A stretch of 64,000 nucleotides of DNA from an uncultured Alphaproteobacteria bacterium (GCA_963813315.1 CAWEYO010000017.1:52172-116171); one strand, 5' to 3'; positions 30,289-44,024 are shown, numbered from the stretch's first letter. Translations and numbers: made by a program. Notes: generated by a model not told the origin, from the sequence alone.

Positions 30289-31965
30289 CTAAGATCGATC
30301 CCGGAACCGGTTGGTGATTGGATACCTGCGGTCCCGGCCGAAGTTCTTCTTCGTGATCTTTACGCCGGGAGCGGCCTGCCGGCGCTTATACTCTGCAATG
30401 TAGAGCAAATGCTCGATCCGGTGGACCGTCTCGCGGTCATGGCCGCGCGCCATGATCTCATCGACACCCATTTCGTTTTCGACGAGGCATTCGAGGATAT
30501 CGTCGAGGACGGGATAGGGCGGGAGTAAATCCTGGTCCGTCTGGTTCGGCCGAAGCTCGGCGGAGGGCGCCTTTTCGATAATCGAGCGGGGGATCACCTC
30601 GCCCGACGGCCCAAGCGCGTCCGGCGGAACGTGGCCGTTGCGCCAACGGCATAGCTCGTAGACCTGCGTCTTGTAGAGGTCCTTGATCGGATTGAAGCCG
30701 CCATTCATGTCGCCATAGAGCGTAGCGTAGCCGACCGACATTTCGGATTTGTTGCCCGTAGTCACCACCATCGAACCGAATTTGTTGGAGATTGCCATCA
30801 GGATCGTGCCACGGGCGCGGGACTGGAGGTTTTCCTCGGTGATGCCCTCCCGTGTGCCTTCGAAGAGTTGCGTTAGCGCATGCGAGAACCCGTCGACCGG
30901 CTCGAAGATCGGCACGATATCGTAACGGCATCCCAGCGCGCGTGCGCAGTCCTCGGCATCCTTCAGCGAATCCTTTGAGGTGTATTTGTACGGCATCATG
31001 ACAGCGCGCAGCCGCTCCTCGCCCAGCGCGTCCACCGCGAGAGCGGCACAGATGGCCGAATCGACGCCGCCGGAAAGCCCAAGGACCACATTTTTGAAGC
31101 CGTTCTTGTTTACGTAGTCGCGCAAGCCCAGCATGCATGCCCGGTAGTCTGCCTCCTCCCGTTCGGGGATCTTCGACATCGGCCCATCGATGCAGGCCCA
31201 GCCATCCGGCTCGCGCTTCCACGTCGTGGTGACGACGGCTTCCTCGAACTGGCTCATCTGGAAGGCAAGCGACTTCTTCGCCGAGATCGCAAACGACGCC
31301 CCGTCGAAGATCAGTTCGTCCTGCCCGCCAAGCTGGTTGGCAAACAGTAGCGGGAGGCCGGATTCGATGACCTGGCGGATCGCCACCTGATGACGGACAT
31401 CGACCTTGCCGCGATAGTAGGGCGAACCGTTCGGCACGATCAGTATTTCGGCGCCGCTTTCGGCAAGCGTCTCGCAAACACCGAGATCGCCCCAGATATC
31501 CTCACAAATCGGAATGCCGAGCCTCACACCGCGATAATTGACCGGGCCCGGCACGTCGGGTCCGGCCTGGAAGACGCGCTTCTCGTCGAATTCGCCGTAA
31601 TTCGGCAAATCGATCTTGTAGCGCTCCGCAAGAACCTTGCCACCATCGGCGATGATGACCGCATTGTGGGTACCGCTTTTGCGTTTGAGCGGCGTGCCTA
31701 TAACGATACCCGGCCCGTCGTCGGCCGTTTCCTCGGCCAGCTGTTGAACCGCGCGTTCGCATGCTGCAAGGAAAGCGGGCTTCAGCACCAGATCCTCGGG
31801 AGGATAGCCGGCGATGAAAAGCTCCGTGTAGAGCACCAGGTCGGCCCCTTGGCGGGCGGCATCTGCCCTCGCCTCCCGCGCCTTTGCAAGATTGCCGGAA
31901 ATATCGCCGACAATCGGGTTCAACTGGGCGACCGCAATGCGGAGGATGTCAGGGCGCTTAGTCAT
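30289..31965 (-). CDS. nadE: glutamine-dependent NAD+ synthetase
   Basis: N-terminal CN-hydrolase domain (RIAVAQLNPIVGD) and C-terminal synthetase domain with SGGVDS. Start chosen at MTKRPDIL. Confidence 0.9.
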   Translation of the reverse strand: MTKRPDILRIAVAQLNPIVGDISGNLAKAREARADAARQGADLVLYTELFIAGYPPEDLVLKPAFLAACERAVQQLAEETADDGPGIVIGTPLKRKSGTHNAVIIADGGKVLAERYKIDLPNYGEFDEKRVFQAGPDVPGPVNYRGVRLGIPICEDIWGDLGVCETLAESGAEILIVPNGSPYYRGKVDVRHQVAIRQVIESGLPLLFANQLGGQDELIFDGASFAISAKKSLAFQMSQFEEAVVTTTWKREPDGWACIDGPMSKIPEREEADYRACMLGLRDYVNKNGFKNVVLGLSGGVDSAICAALAVDALGEERLRAVMMPYKYTSKDSLKDAEDCARALGCRYDIVPIFEPVDGFSHALTQLFEGTREGITEENLQSRARGTILMAISNKFGSMVVTTGNKSEMSVGYATLYGDMNGGFNPIKDLYKTQVYELCRWRNGHVPPDALGPSGEVIPRSIIEKAPSAELRPNQTDQDLLPPYPVLDDILECLVENEMGVDEIMARGHDRETVHRIEHLLYIAEYKRRQAAPGVKITKKNFGRDRRYPITNRFRDRS

Positions 31966-32019
31966 GCGATGCGGTGTAGCGCGGCAAGTTTCAACCTTCA
32001 ATGCCGTTCGATTGTGCCA

Positions 32020-32136
32020 CTACTCGCCCATGTACTCCCGCAGCGCTTCCGGTGAATGATTCTCGCCGATCGACATGGCGAGAATCCGCGAGAGATGCTT
32101 GTATGGCAGGCGAGTTTCACTGGCCCACGCGTTCAT
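32020..32136 (-). CDS. candidate 38-aa small protein between tag and nadE
   Basis: MNAWASETRLPYKHLSRILAMSIGENHSPEALREYMGE. AGGAG lies 5 nt upstream and the ORF begins 7 nt after the tag stop. Not in the ORF track. Confidence 0.3.
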   Translation of the reverse strand: MNAWASETRLPYKHLSRILAMSIGENHSPEALREYMGE

Positions 32137-32142
32137 CTGCTC

Positions 32143-32733
32143 CTAAATCCTTGCAAGGTCACGCTTCGAATTCGGGCTTTCCGAAATTTCAAGTCCGGCG
32201 TCGCGCAGCGCCGCCGTCATGTCATGGGAGAGGATGAACGCGTCCCAGCCAACCCACCGGAGAAAATACTGACCGGTATTGCCTCCCAACCGGCTGCCAT
32301 GCTTGCCGAGATAAGCCATGAGCCCGATCTGATCGTCCTTCGGCCAGCGGCTGAGGAATTTTCCGAAACTGCCATGCTCCTTCGACATCCGTTCCACAAA
32401 GCCGGCGTTTTCGCGCACGGACTTGATCTTCTGGGGATTGCGCACGATGCGCTTGTCCGACACCAGTCCGTACCAGAAGTCATCCGGCTGAAAGAGCAGT
32501 CGCTTTGGTTCAAAGCCCAGAAAGGCTTCCTCGAAGCCCGGCCATTTTTGTTCGATCACGCTCCAGACGAAGCCGGCGGAGAAGATCCGTTCGGCCATGG
32601 TCGACAGGATGCGGTCATCCGTCATGTTTTCGAGCGAGGCGTCGTCGCCCGCAGGACCCAGCAACGACTTCAAGACCTCTTCCCCGCCTTTGCGCTGGGC
32701 CGCGCGAGCACGGATTTTTGCGAAATCGGACAT
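32143..32733 (-). CDS. tag: DNA-3-methyladenine glycosylase I-like protein
   Basis: 196 aa. IFSAGFVWSVIEQKWPGFEEAF...IVRNPQKI resembles the Tag (Adenine_glyco) family as annotated in rhizobia. Confidence 0.7.
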   Translation of the reverse strand: MSDFAKIRARAAQRKGGEEVLKSLLGPAGDDASLENMTDDRILSTMAERIFSAGFVWSVIEQKWPGFEEAFLGFEPKRLLFQPDDFWYGLVSDKRIVRNPQKIKSVRENAGFVERMSKEHGSFGKFLSRWPKDDQIGLMAYLGKHGSRLGGNTGQYFLRWVGWDAFILSHDMTAALRDAGLEISESPNSKRDLARI

Positions 32734-32832
32734 TGGGTTTCTTTCCCTGGCAACGGAGGCCGATCATCGGGTGGCGTGCCATAACATCTTCGTATAGTCG
32801 AGCCATGACGCGCAACGGAGTAAGCGAGAAGC

Positions 32833-33399
32833 GTGATGAACAAGACCGTGGCCGATCTGGCCGTCCGATGGCTGGCCCGCAACGCCGATGCGCTGACCGA
32901 GAACGAACTTCGCGTTCTGCAAAGCGCCATAGAGCGCAAGGCGATTTCGCGTGATCGGCTCAAGTCCCAGGAAAGCGCGGAGAGAATTGGCGACCGGCTT
33001 GCCAATTCGGTCGCGCGGATCGGCGGTTCGTGGAAATTCATCATCTGCTTCATGACTTTCCTGGTCGGCTGGTCGATCCTCAACACCGTCCTCCTCGCGA
33101 CCGGTGCGTTCGATCCCTACCCTTATATCTTCCTCAATCTCCTCCTTTCGATGCTGGCGGCACTGCAGGCGCCGGTCATCATGATGTCGCAGAACCGGCA
33201 GGCCGCGCGCGACCGGTTGGATGCCGCGCATGACTACGAAGTCAATCTCAAGGCGGAAATCGAGATCATGGCGCTGCACGAAAAACTCGATGAACTGCGG
33301 CTGAGGGAAATACTGGCTTTGCGGGACAGTATGTCAGACCTGACGGACCGGATCAAAGGCCTGGAAGGGCAGATCGCGAGCTGGGCCGGGCATGAATGA
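32833..33399 (+). CDS. DUF1003 membrane protein
   Basis: GSWKFII.F..FL..W...N......FDPYPYIFLNL.LS..AA.QAP.IMMSQNRQ. Confidence 0.8.
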   Translation: MMNKTVADLAVRWLARNADALTENELRVLQSAIERKAISRDRLKSQESAERIGDRLANSVARIGGSWKFIICFMTFLVGWSILNTVLLATGAFDPYPYIFLNLLLSMLAALQAPVIMMSQNRQAARDRLDAAHDYEVNLKAEIEIMALHEKLDELRLREILALRDSMSDLTDRIKGLEGQIASWAGHE

Positions 33400-33977
33400 C
33401 TGAAACGATTCACTATCTGGTCGCGAAATACGGCCTCATTGCAGTGTTTCTCGGCTGCGTCGCCGAGGGCGAAAGCGCTGCAATCCTTGCCGGCTTCTTT
33501 GCGCATCAAAAGGTGTTTGTGCCATGGCAAGCCCTGGCGGCGGCCTTCTTCGGCGCATTCCTCGGGGACACTCTGCTCTTTTTTCTAGGCCGCCGGTATT
33601 CGAGCCATTCGCTGGTTCTGCGCGTGCGGAAAAAGCCTGGGTTCAGCCACGCTCATCGCCTGGTCCTCGCTTACCCAAACCTTTTCGTGTTTTTCAACCG
33701 TTACGCTTATGGCATGCGGATGATCGGCGGGGTGACTGCCGGATTGTCAGGCATGGCGATACCAAGATTTCTGGCGCTTAACGCCTTGTCATCGCTTGTC
33801 TGGGCCGCCCTGTTCGGCACACTGGGCTATTTCTTTGGCATCGGTGCGGAGCGGCTGCTGGGCCGAGCGCTGGCCGAGCATCAACGCCTGATCCTGGCGC
33901 TTTTAGCCGGCGCCGCAGTGACCGCCCTCGCCTGGTATGCGGCCCACCATTTTTTCCGGAGCAGAAACAAGGGCTGA
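33396..33977 (+). CDS. DedA family membrane protein
   Basis: 193 aa. YGLIAVFLGCVAEGESAAILAGFFA and GRRY motifs. 4-nt overlap with the upstream gene. Confidence 0.85.
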   Translation: MTETIHYLVAKYGLIAVFLGCVAEGESAAILAGFFAHQKVFVPWQALAAAFFGAFLGDTLLFFLGRRYSSHSLVLRVRKKPGFSHAHRLVLAYPNLFVFFNRYAYGMRMIGGVTAGLSGMAIPRFLALNALSSLVWAALFGTLGYFFGIGAERLLGRALAEHQRLILALLAGAAVTALAWYAAHHFFRSRNKG

Positions 33978-33996
33978 CGACGGCCAGCCGATTTTC

Positions 33997-34154
33997 CTAA
34001 AGCGCATTGCTTCGAAACAGATTCATGCAACGCGCTTTAGGCTATTGTTTCTGTGCATGTCGTTATCCCAAAACCGCTGCGCACTTTTGGGCGACATGCA
34101 TTTCTGTGCATGTCGTTATCCCAAAACCGCTGCGCACTTTTGGGCGACACGCAT
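33997..34154 (+). repeat. family B repeat with module 2 duplicated in tandem
   Basis: Module 1, then two copies of TGTGCATGTCGTTATCCCAAAACCGCTGCGCACTTTTGGGCGACA(T/C)GCAT. Confidence 0.9.
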
Positions 34155-34159
34155 TAGGT

Positions 34160-34519
34160 TCAAATCGCAAAGCCGGTAAACCGCTCGATAATCGCCAGTC
34201 CCCAGACACAGGCTGCAATAATGATTGCAATCAGCACGGCAAGAGAGCCGCAGTCCTTGGCAAGCTTGATATCTATGTTGAACTCCCGTGAGATCGCGTC
34301 GCACGTCGCCTCGATGGCGGTGTTGAGAACCTCGACGATGATCAACAGAAGCAGAGAACCTAGAAGCAGTGCGTAGCCCCGCCAAGTCGAGGCCAGGAAC
34401 CAGCCGACCGGCAGCGCAAGAACAAGCAGCACAACCTCCTGCTGGAAGGCAGCCTCGTGACGCAGCAGATGTTGCGCTGCCCGCATCGAGTTCCTGAATG
34501 CCTTGACCAGCCGCTCCAT
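34160..34519 (-). CDS. dgkA: diacylglycerol kinase
   Basis: 119 aa. E.AFQQE, VEVLNTAIEATCD and AKD.GS.AV motifs. Confidence 0.9.
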   Translation of the reverse strand: MERLVKAFRNSMRAAQHLLRHEAAFQQEVVLLVLALPVGWFLASTWRGYALLLGSLLLLIIVEVLNTAIEATCDAISREFNIDIKLAKDCGSLAVLIAIIIAACVWGLAIIERFTGFAI

Positions 34520-34611
34520 ACGAATCCCCCTTCAGACGTTCAGAAGAGGGATCATTTACCGCAAGCGGCACCCAGTGGAACAGCCACGAATCGTTGGCGA
34601 AGAATGGATGT

Positions 34612-35031
34612 TCAGGTTTCCGCTACCTTCACTGAAGGACTGGATTTTGCGAACTTCGGCAGACCGTCATCGACGGAATAATAGTCGCCCTTGTCGGAAA
34701 GAAAGATATGACATTCGCCGACGAGCCCTGTCGGATCATCGAACAGGCCCGCAAGCACGGACGTATAGGCGTGATCGCGCGGCTTCCAGAACAAAGCCGA
34801 GCCGCACGTCCGACAAAAGCCGCGTTTCGCGAATTCGGAAGAACCGAACCAGGCAATATTCTCCGCGCCCTCGACAAAGAGATTTTCGTCGAGAACATTG
34901 GTCGCCGCGTAATAGTGGCCCGACTGCTTACGGCACTGCGAGCAGTGACAATAGACGACGCCGCGCAGCGGCCCGGCCGTCCTGAAATGCACCGCGCCGC
35001 AGAGGCACGAGCCCGTGTGGGTTTCCGACAT
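34612..35031 (-). CDS. GFA family protein (glutathione-dependent formaldehyde-activating fold)
   Basis: GSCLCGAV.F.....L.GVVYCHCSQCRKQSG...FC..CGS. Confidence 0.8.
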   Translation of the reverse strand: MSETHTGSCLCGAVHFRTAGPLRGVVYCHCSQCRKQSGHYYAATNVLDENLFVEGAENIAWFGSSEFAKRGFCRTCGSALFWKPRDHAYTSVLAGLFDDPTGLVGECHIFLSDKGDYYSVDDGLPKFAKSSPSVKVAET

Positions 35032-35083
35032 CGCTGCTCCTTGTCGCAAATCTCGGAACGGAACGACCGGACGTTTGCGAGAT

Positions 35084-35183
35084 CTAAAGCGCGTAGCGGC
35101 GAAACAGATTCATGCAACGCGCTTTAGGCTATTTGTGCATGTCGTTATCCCAAAACCGCTGCGCACTTTTGGGCGACATGCAT
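35084..35183 (+). repeat. family B two-hairpin repeat (copy 4)
   Basis: CTAAAGCGCGTAGCGGCGAAACAGATTCATGCAACGCGCTTTAG, then GTGCATGTCG..CGACATGCAT. Confidence 0.9.
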
Positions 35184-35246
35184 GAGGGACTTCGACTGAC
35201 AGCGCCCGCGGCCCACGGCGAATTTCGGCGCGTCCGAGAGTATCTC

Positions 35247-36620
35247 TCAGCCGTTTACCACTTGCTTTTGCTGACCGGCGCGGCCCTTTTTCAGAAGCTC
35301 CGACACGAGGAAGGCGAGTTCGATCGCCTGGTCGGCGTTGAGACGCGGATCGCAGTGCGTATGGTAGCGGTCCTGCAGCTCCTCTGCCCTGATGGCCCGC
35401 GCGCCGCCCGTGCACTCGGTCACGTTGTTGCCGGTCATCTCCACGTGAATGCCGCCAGGATGCGTGCCCTCGGCGCGGTGGATGTCGAAAAACGACTGGA
35501 CCTCCTTCAGGATACGCTCGAACGGGCGCGTCTTGTAGCCGGCCGCGGTGATCGTGTTGCCGTGCATGGGATCGCAGGACCAGACGACTTTGCGGCCCTC
35601 CTTCCGGATTGCGCGGATGAGTTTCGGCAGATGCTCGCCCACTTTGTCGGAGCCGAAGCGCGCGATCAGCGTCAGCCGGCCCGCTTCGTTTTCCGGATTG
35701 AGCAGGTCGACGATCTGCAACAATCCATCCGGCGTCAAGGATGGCCCGCATTTCAGGCCGAGTGGGTTCTTGACGCCACGGCAATACTCGACATGGGCAT
35801 GGTCCGGCTGGCGCGTACGATCGCCGATCCAGATCATGTGGCCGGAGGTCGCGTACCAATCGCCGGACGTGGAGTCGACGCGAGTCAGGGCCTCCTCATA
35901 TCCAAGCAGCAGCGCCTCGTGAGAGGTGTAGAAATCGGTCTCGCGCAACGCGTAATTGGTTTCCGAAGTGATACCGACGGCGCGCATGAAGTCCATCGTC
36001 TCGGTGATGCGATTTGCCAGCGCCTCGTAGCGCTCGCCCTGCGGGCTGTCGGAGACGAAGCCCAGCATCCATTTGTGGACGTTCTCGAGGTTGGCGTAGC
36101 CGCCCTGCGCGAAGGCGCGCAAGAGGTTCAGCGTTGCGGCCGACTGGCGGTAGGCCATCTCCTGCCGCGCGGGATCTGGGATACGCGAGTGCGCGTCGAA
36201 CGCAGGGCCATTGATGATGTCGCCGCGATATGAGGGAAGAGTAACGCCATCCTTGACCTCGTTGTCGGAGGACCGGGGCTTGGCGAACTGGCCCGCTATG
36301 CGGCCGACTTTGACGACCGGCCGTGAACCGGCAAAGGTCAATACGACCGCCATTTGCAGGAACACGCGGAAGAAGTCGCGAATGTTGTCCGCACCGTGCT
36401 CGGCGAAACTCTCGGCGCAGTCGCCGCCCTGGAGCAGAAAAGCTTCGCCGTTGGCGACGCTTGCCAGCTGCTTCTTGAGCTTGCGCGCCTCGCCTGCAAA
36501 AACCAGCGGCGGGAACGTGGCAAGACGGGCCTCGGTCTCGGCCAACGCTGCCTTGTCCGGATAGACAGGCACTTGGCTGACCGGCTTGGCTCTCCAGGAA
36601 TTCGGTGACCATTTCGTCAT
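35247..36620 (-). CDS. class II 3-deoxy-7-phosphoheptulonate (DAHP) synthase
   Basis: 457 aa from [18 protein letters not shown]. Also [11 protein letters not shown] and [13 protein letters not shown]. Confidence 0.9.
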   Translation of the reverse strand: MTKWSPNSWRAKPVSQVPVYPDKAALAETEARLATFPPLVFAGEARKLKKQLASVANGEAFLLQGGDCAESFAEHGADNIRDFFRVFLQMAVVLTFAGSRPVVKVGRIAGQFAKPRSSDNEVKDGVTLPSYRGDIINGPAFDAHSRIPDPARQEMAYRQSAATLNLLRAFAQGGYANLENVHKWMLGFVSDSPQGERYEALANRITETMDFMRAVGITSETNYALRETDFYTSHEALLLGYEEALTRVDSTSGDWYATSGHMIWIGDRTRQPDHAHVEYCRGVKNPLGLKCGPSLTPDGLLQIVDLLNPENEAGRLTLIARFGSDKVGEHLPKLIRAIRKEGRKVVWSCDPMHGNTITAAGYKTRPFERILKEVQSFFDIHRAEGTHPGGIHVEMTGNNVTECTGGARAIRAEELQDRYHTHCDPRLNADQAIELAFLVSELLKKGRAGQQKQVVNG

Positions 36621-36664
36621 TGTCGCACCCAATACGCAACAGCAGCGAACGCACGATGGAACCG

Positions 36665-36737
36665 GTGCTGCTGCTCTATCTCTTTGTTTGAGCATCGGAT
36701 TCCCCGAAACCGGTTCCCACTTTCGGGTCCGATGCTC
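36665..36737 (+). repeat. family C hairpin repeat (copy 5)
   Basis: GTGCTGCTGCTCTATCTCTTTGTTT, then GAGCATCGGATTCCCCGAAA-CCGGTTCCCAC-TTTCGGGTCCGATGCTC. Confidence 0.9.
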
Positions 36738-36803
36738 TAGTTCCGAGGCTCGGCAAGTAAACCCGATGTCCGGGGAAGCGGCTCCTTACACGATGCCGGC
36801 AGG

Positions 36804-37142
36804 CTAATCCAGTCCAGACTTGGCGCCTGTGCGCAGGCCGGCCTCATAGGCTTTGCGGGCCCAGAAAGCCATTTCCTCGGGATCGTCGATGGCGGTTTCC
36901 GGCACCGTCCAATACGGCATCGAAACCAGCTTGCCATTCTTCGAACCCGTGTAGGTCCACTGCGTGCAGCCTGCCGCCGTGAAATCCGGAACGCTGACGC
37001 TGTCGGCCTTCAGCATCAATTCGCCGCGGACCTCGACCGCGATGATGACGTCATTGTGGTAGATTCCCTTGCCGCCAAACATGCGCCTGACGGCGACAGG
37101 GCCAAGCTCTGCGAATAAATCGCGAATTGCATCCTCTTCCAT
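36804..37142 (-). CDS. TfoX N-terminal domain family protein
   Basis: 112 aa. ...VAVRRMFGGKGIYHNDVIIAVEV.GEL.LK. Confidence 0.7.
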   Translation of the reverse strand: MEEDAIRDLFAELGPVAVRRMFGGKGIYHNDVIIAVEVRGELMLKADSVSVPDFTAAGCTQWTYTGSKNGKLVSMPYWTVPETAIDDPEEMAFWARKAYEAGLRTGAKSGLD

Positions 37143-37228
37143 CGCCTGATCATGTCATACTGGATTTGCGAAGTCAGCATAACAAAGGATACCCGCGCAA
37201 GTGTGGCGAATCCGAAGATGGAGGCAAA

Positions 37229-37708
37229 ATGCCGGCGTTATTGAAAGGTTCATGCCGATGCGGTTGCGTTCGCTTCGAAGTCGCGAGCAACACGCCTGTT
37301 CCCTATCAGCTCTGCTACTGCACCATTTGCCGAAAGCAACAGGGCGGGGGTGGTTACGCAATCAATCTCGGCGCCGACGCGGCGACGCTCAGGATCGAGG
37401 GCGAGGAACATCTTGGCCTGTATCGCGCGGAAATCGAAGACGAAGTCTCGACGGGCGAAAGGCGGTTCTGCCGCGAATGCGGCTCGGCGCTATGGCTCTA
37501 TGACCCGACCTGGCCAGAACTTGTCCACCCCTTCGCATCGGCCATCGACACGGAATTGCCGGTAGCGCCGCAGCGCGTCCACATCATGCTGCAGTACAAG
37601 GCGAGTTGGGTTGAACCTGACATTCGCGAAGGCGACGCCGCATTTGACCTCTACCCGGACGAGTCGATCGCCGACTGGCACCGGCAGCGGGGGCTTTGGG
37701 TGGATTAG
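37229..37708 (+). CDS. GFA family protein (second copy)
   Basis: GSCRCGCVRFEV......YQLCYCTICRKQQGG...FC.ECGS. GGAGG RBS 6 nt upstream. Confidence 0.8.
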   Translation: MPALLKGSCRCGCVRFEVASNTPVPYQLCYCTICRKQQGGGGYAINLGADAATLRIEGEEHLGLYRAEIEDEVSTGERRFCRECGSALWLYDPTWPELVHPFASAIDTELPVAPQRVHIMLQYKASWVEPDIREGDAAFDLYPDESIADWHRQRGLWVD

Positions 37709-37717
37709 CCGGAGCCT

Positions 37718-38104
37718 CTATGCAGCGTTCTCCGCCCTCGCCTCGGCAAGTGCTTTCAGATCGGCGGGCTTCAATTCCACCGATTCGCCGCAGCCGCAGG
37801 CCGAACTCTGGTTCGGATTGCTGAAGGTGAAGCCGGTGCGAAGCGTCGTCCGCTCGAAATCCATCTCGGTTCCGAGCAGGAACAGCGCCGCCTCCGGCGC
37901 GACATAGACATGCGCGCCGTCGCGCTCGATATGGTCGTCCTTCGGGTTGGGCTCGGTCACCAGATCGACCGTGTATTCCATGCCGGCGCAGCCGCCTTTC
38001 TTGATGCCGAGGCGTATGCCACGCGCGTTTTCGCGCGTCGCCATGATCTCGCGGACACGCGCGGCTGCATTCTCGCTCATGCTGATGACTGCGAAACGTC
38101 CCAT
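37718..38104 (-). CDS. sufA: iron-sulfur cluster insertion protein (SufA/IscA/ErpA type)
   Basis: GIRLGIKKGGCAGMEY...F.NPN....CGCGESV. Last gene of the suf operon. Confidence 0.85.
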   Translation of the reverse strand: MGRFAVISMSENAAARVREIMATRENARGIRLGIKKGGCAGMEYTVDLVTEPNPKDDHIERDGAHVYVAPEAALFLLGTEMDFERTTLRTGFTFSNPNQSSACGCGESVELKPADLKALAEARAENAA

Positions 38105-38160
38105 ATTTTCTTCTCCGCTCCGCGCGGGTTCAAGGCCCGCCGAATGACTTTCATCGCCTA

Positions 38161-39892
<1,732 letters not shown>

Positions 39893-39896
<4 letters not shown>

Positions 39897-41180
39897 GCCT
39901 TCACCCATGCGTCCGCGAACCATTCGTCGAGCAGCGCTTCCAGCGCCTCGACGATCGGCTCGTCGTCCAGTTCCTCGATGACCTCGGCGAGGAACGCCTT
40001 GACCAGAAGGCCGCGCGCGGTCTTCTCGTCGATGCCGCGCGCCATCAGGTAGAACAGATGGTCGCGGTCGATCTCGGTGACGGTCGCGCCGTGGCCGCAC
40101 TGCACGTCGTCGGCGAAGATTTCGAGCTCCGGCTTGGTCGAGAACTCGCCGTCGTCGGACAGAAGCAGCGTGTTGCAGGCCATCTTGGCGTCGGTCTTCT
40201 GCGCGGCCTGATGCACGTTGATGCGGCCCTGGAAGACGCCGTGCGCCTTGCCCGTCACGATGTTGCGGATCACTTCGCGTCGAGCTGGTGTGCGGCACGG
40301 TATGGTCGAGCACCATGGTGACGTCGGTATGCGTGTCGCCGGACAAGCAGGTTGATGCCGCGCAGCTGAAAGTCGGAGCCCTCGCCGCTGCCGCGACGCG
40401 GATTTCCTGGCGGACCAGCTTGCCGCCGGCATTCATGACGAACAGCGTCAGCCTGGCGTTCTTGCCGAGCTCCGCGTTGAACTGGCCGAGATGCGTCGCG
40501 TCGTTCGGGCTGGTCCTGCACGATGAGCCAGAGCGATCTCGGCGCCGTCGCCGACGAGCAAGATGGCTGACCGAGCTGACCAGCGCCGCTGCCGTTGCCG
40601 GTCTGGCGCTCGACGATGGTCGCCTTGGCGCCGTCGCCGACGCGCACCGGGAAGCGCACATGCGTCTGGCCGCCGGCCTGCACGTTCTGCAGTTCGACCG
40701 GCTTTTCGAGCTCGGCCCCGTCTGCGATGTCGAGGAAATAGCCGTCGGCGACGAAGGCCGTGTTCAGCGCGCCGACCGCATCGTCGGCGCCGTACGCATT
40801 CGAGCGCCGGCGCGAAGCTGCCGTCGCTGCAGCTTTCCTCGAGCCGCTGAACGGTGACGCCCTCGATCGACGGGCGTCCTGCCGGACGAAACGCCGTTCA
40901 GGACCGGCAGCACGGTCGATCCTTCAAGCACCGGCGTCGACCGCTTCTGGCGTCGGCTGTCTCGTCGTGCGGCGGCACGGCCGTCAGCAGCCGGCGCAGA
41001 TCGGTGTAGTGCCAGGCTTCGATCCGCCTGGTCGGCAGCCCGGCCTTCAGCCTCTCGATCGCGTTGTCGCGCTTGACCAGTCACCGCGCCGTCGCCGGGC
41101 AACGCTGACAGCCGCTCGCCGAACGCCTCGATCAGGGCTGTTTCGGCGGGCGTTCGCTGTGGCTGCACATGCATGTTCAT
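39893..41180 (-). pseudogene. sufD: Fe-S cluster assembly protein SufD, several frame breaks
   Basis: N-terminus MNMHVQPQRTPAETALIEAFGERLSALPG and C-terminus FYLMARGIDEKTARGLLVKAFLAEV lie in different frames, with further pieces in ORFs 39660-40661 and 40270-40683. Confidence 0.75.
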
Positions 41181-41189
41181 GACCGTCAC

Positions 41190-41947
41190 CTACGCCGCCT
41201 CGTCGATGACGCCGGCATAGCCGTTCTCTTCGAGCTCGAAGGCCAGCGACTTGTCGCCCGACTTGATGACCTGGCCCCTGTAGAGCACATGCACGCTGTC
41301 CGGCACGATGTGTTCGAGCAGGCGCTGGTAGTGCGTGATGACGACGATGGCGCGGTCGGGCGAGCGCAGCGCGTTGACGCCATCGGCGACGATCTTCAGC
41401 GCGTCGATGTCGAGGCCGGAATCGGTCTCGTCGAGCACGCAGAGCTTCGGCTCCAGCAGCTTCATCTGCAGGATTTCGGCGCGCTTCTTCTCGCCGCCGG
41501 AAAAGCCGACATTGAGCGGCCGCTTCAGCATGGCCATGTCCATGTCGAGCGACGGCGGCCGCCTCCTTCACCTTCCTGCAGGAGGTCGGGGATCTTCAGC
41601 GGCTCTTCGCCGCGCGCCTTGCGCTGCGCGTTCATCGCGACCTTCAGGAACTCCATCGTCGCCACGCCCGGTATCTCCATCGGATACTGGAAGGCGAGGA
41701 AGATGCCGGCGGCGGCGCGCTCGGCCGGGTCCATCTCGAGGATGGAGTGGCCGTTGTAGAGGATGTCGCCCTCGGTCACCTCGTAGTCGTCGCGGCCGGC
41801 AAGCACATAGGACAGCGTCGATTTGCCGGAGCCGTTCGGCCCCATGATCGCGGCGACCTCGCCGGCTTTGACGGTCAGGTCCAGCCCGCGGATGATCTCG
41901 GTGCCGTCGTCGGCGATGCGGGCGTGAAGGTTTCTGATTTCAAGCAT
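41190..41947 (-). pseudogene. sufC: Fe-S cluster assembly ATPase SufC, frame broken (about 41545-41570)
   Basis: MLEIRNLHA...GPNGSGKSTLS (Walker A) is in one frame. [18 protein letters not shown]...[15 protein letters not shown] is in another. Confidence 0.85.
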
Positions 41948-42004
41948 TGCTCGTTCCGTTTTGTTCAAATGCGGGTGCCCGTTCAGGCAGTGTCTTCGGC
42001 GACG

Positions 42005-42495
42005 TCACTCTTCGCCGTCATAGTAGCCGAGGCTTGTGCCCGGCCGCGCGAGATGCCGAACTCCGCCCTTGCCGCTCGCCCAGTCGTAGCGCGAAGTGAC
42101 CCCGAACTTGCCCGAGTCGGGGTATTCCACCACCTCGGTGTCCGCCATCGTGGAAACGCCCAGATACTTCAGCGTGCGGGCGCCCGTATTCACGATCTGG
42201 TGGGCATGCTCGGGTCCTCCCGTCGGTGCAGCGAGCACATCGCCTTGCTTCACCGGATAGCAGTCCAGGCCGAAGCGATACTCGCCCTCGCCCTCCAGGA
42301 TCACAAACAGTTCATGAATTTGGTGATGCGCGTGATAGGGGAATGCTTTCTTGCCCGGCTCGACCACGTGAAGCATGCAGCCATCCGGTAGATCCGATCA
42401 ACGGCCGAAGCTGCCGACCTTGGCGGCGAACGCATCGCCATTGCTGGTGTCCCGAAGAGGCACGTCGGCCAGGTTGATGACAGGTTTGATCGCCA

Positions 42496-42496
<1 letters not shown>
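42005..42496 (-). pseudogene. cupin domain protein embedded in the suf operon, interrupted by an in-frame TGA at 42398-42400
   Basis: MAIKPVINLADVPL...AKVGSFGR-TGA-SDLPDGCMLHVVEPGKKAFPYHAHH..ELFVILEGEGE. The ATG overlaps the sufB stop (TGATG). Confidence 0.7.

Positions 42497-44024
<1,528 letters not shown>

Noticed and set aside
42398-42400. In-frame TGA in the cupin gene as a possible selenocysteine codon (tempting because a selenium-binding-protein homologue is in the window)
   Set aside because: There is no SECIS-like hairpin immediately downstream. The residues around the stop do not resemble a redox motif. Three adjacent one-base homopolymer deletions restore a sensible cupin sequence. 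The gene lies inside the error-rich block.
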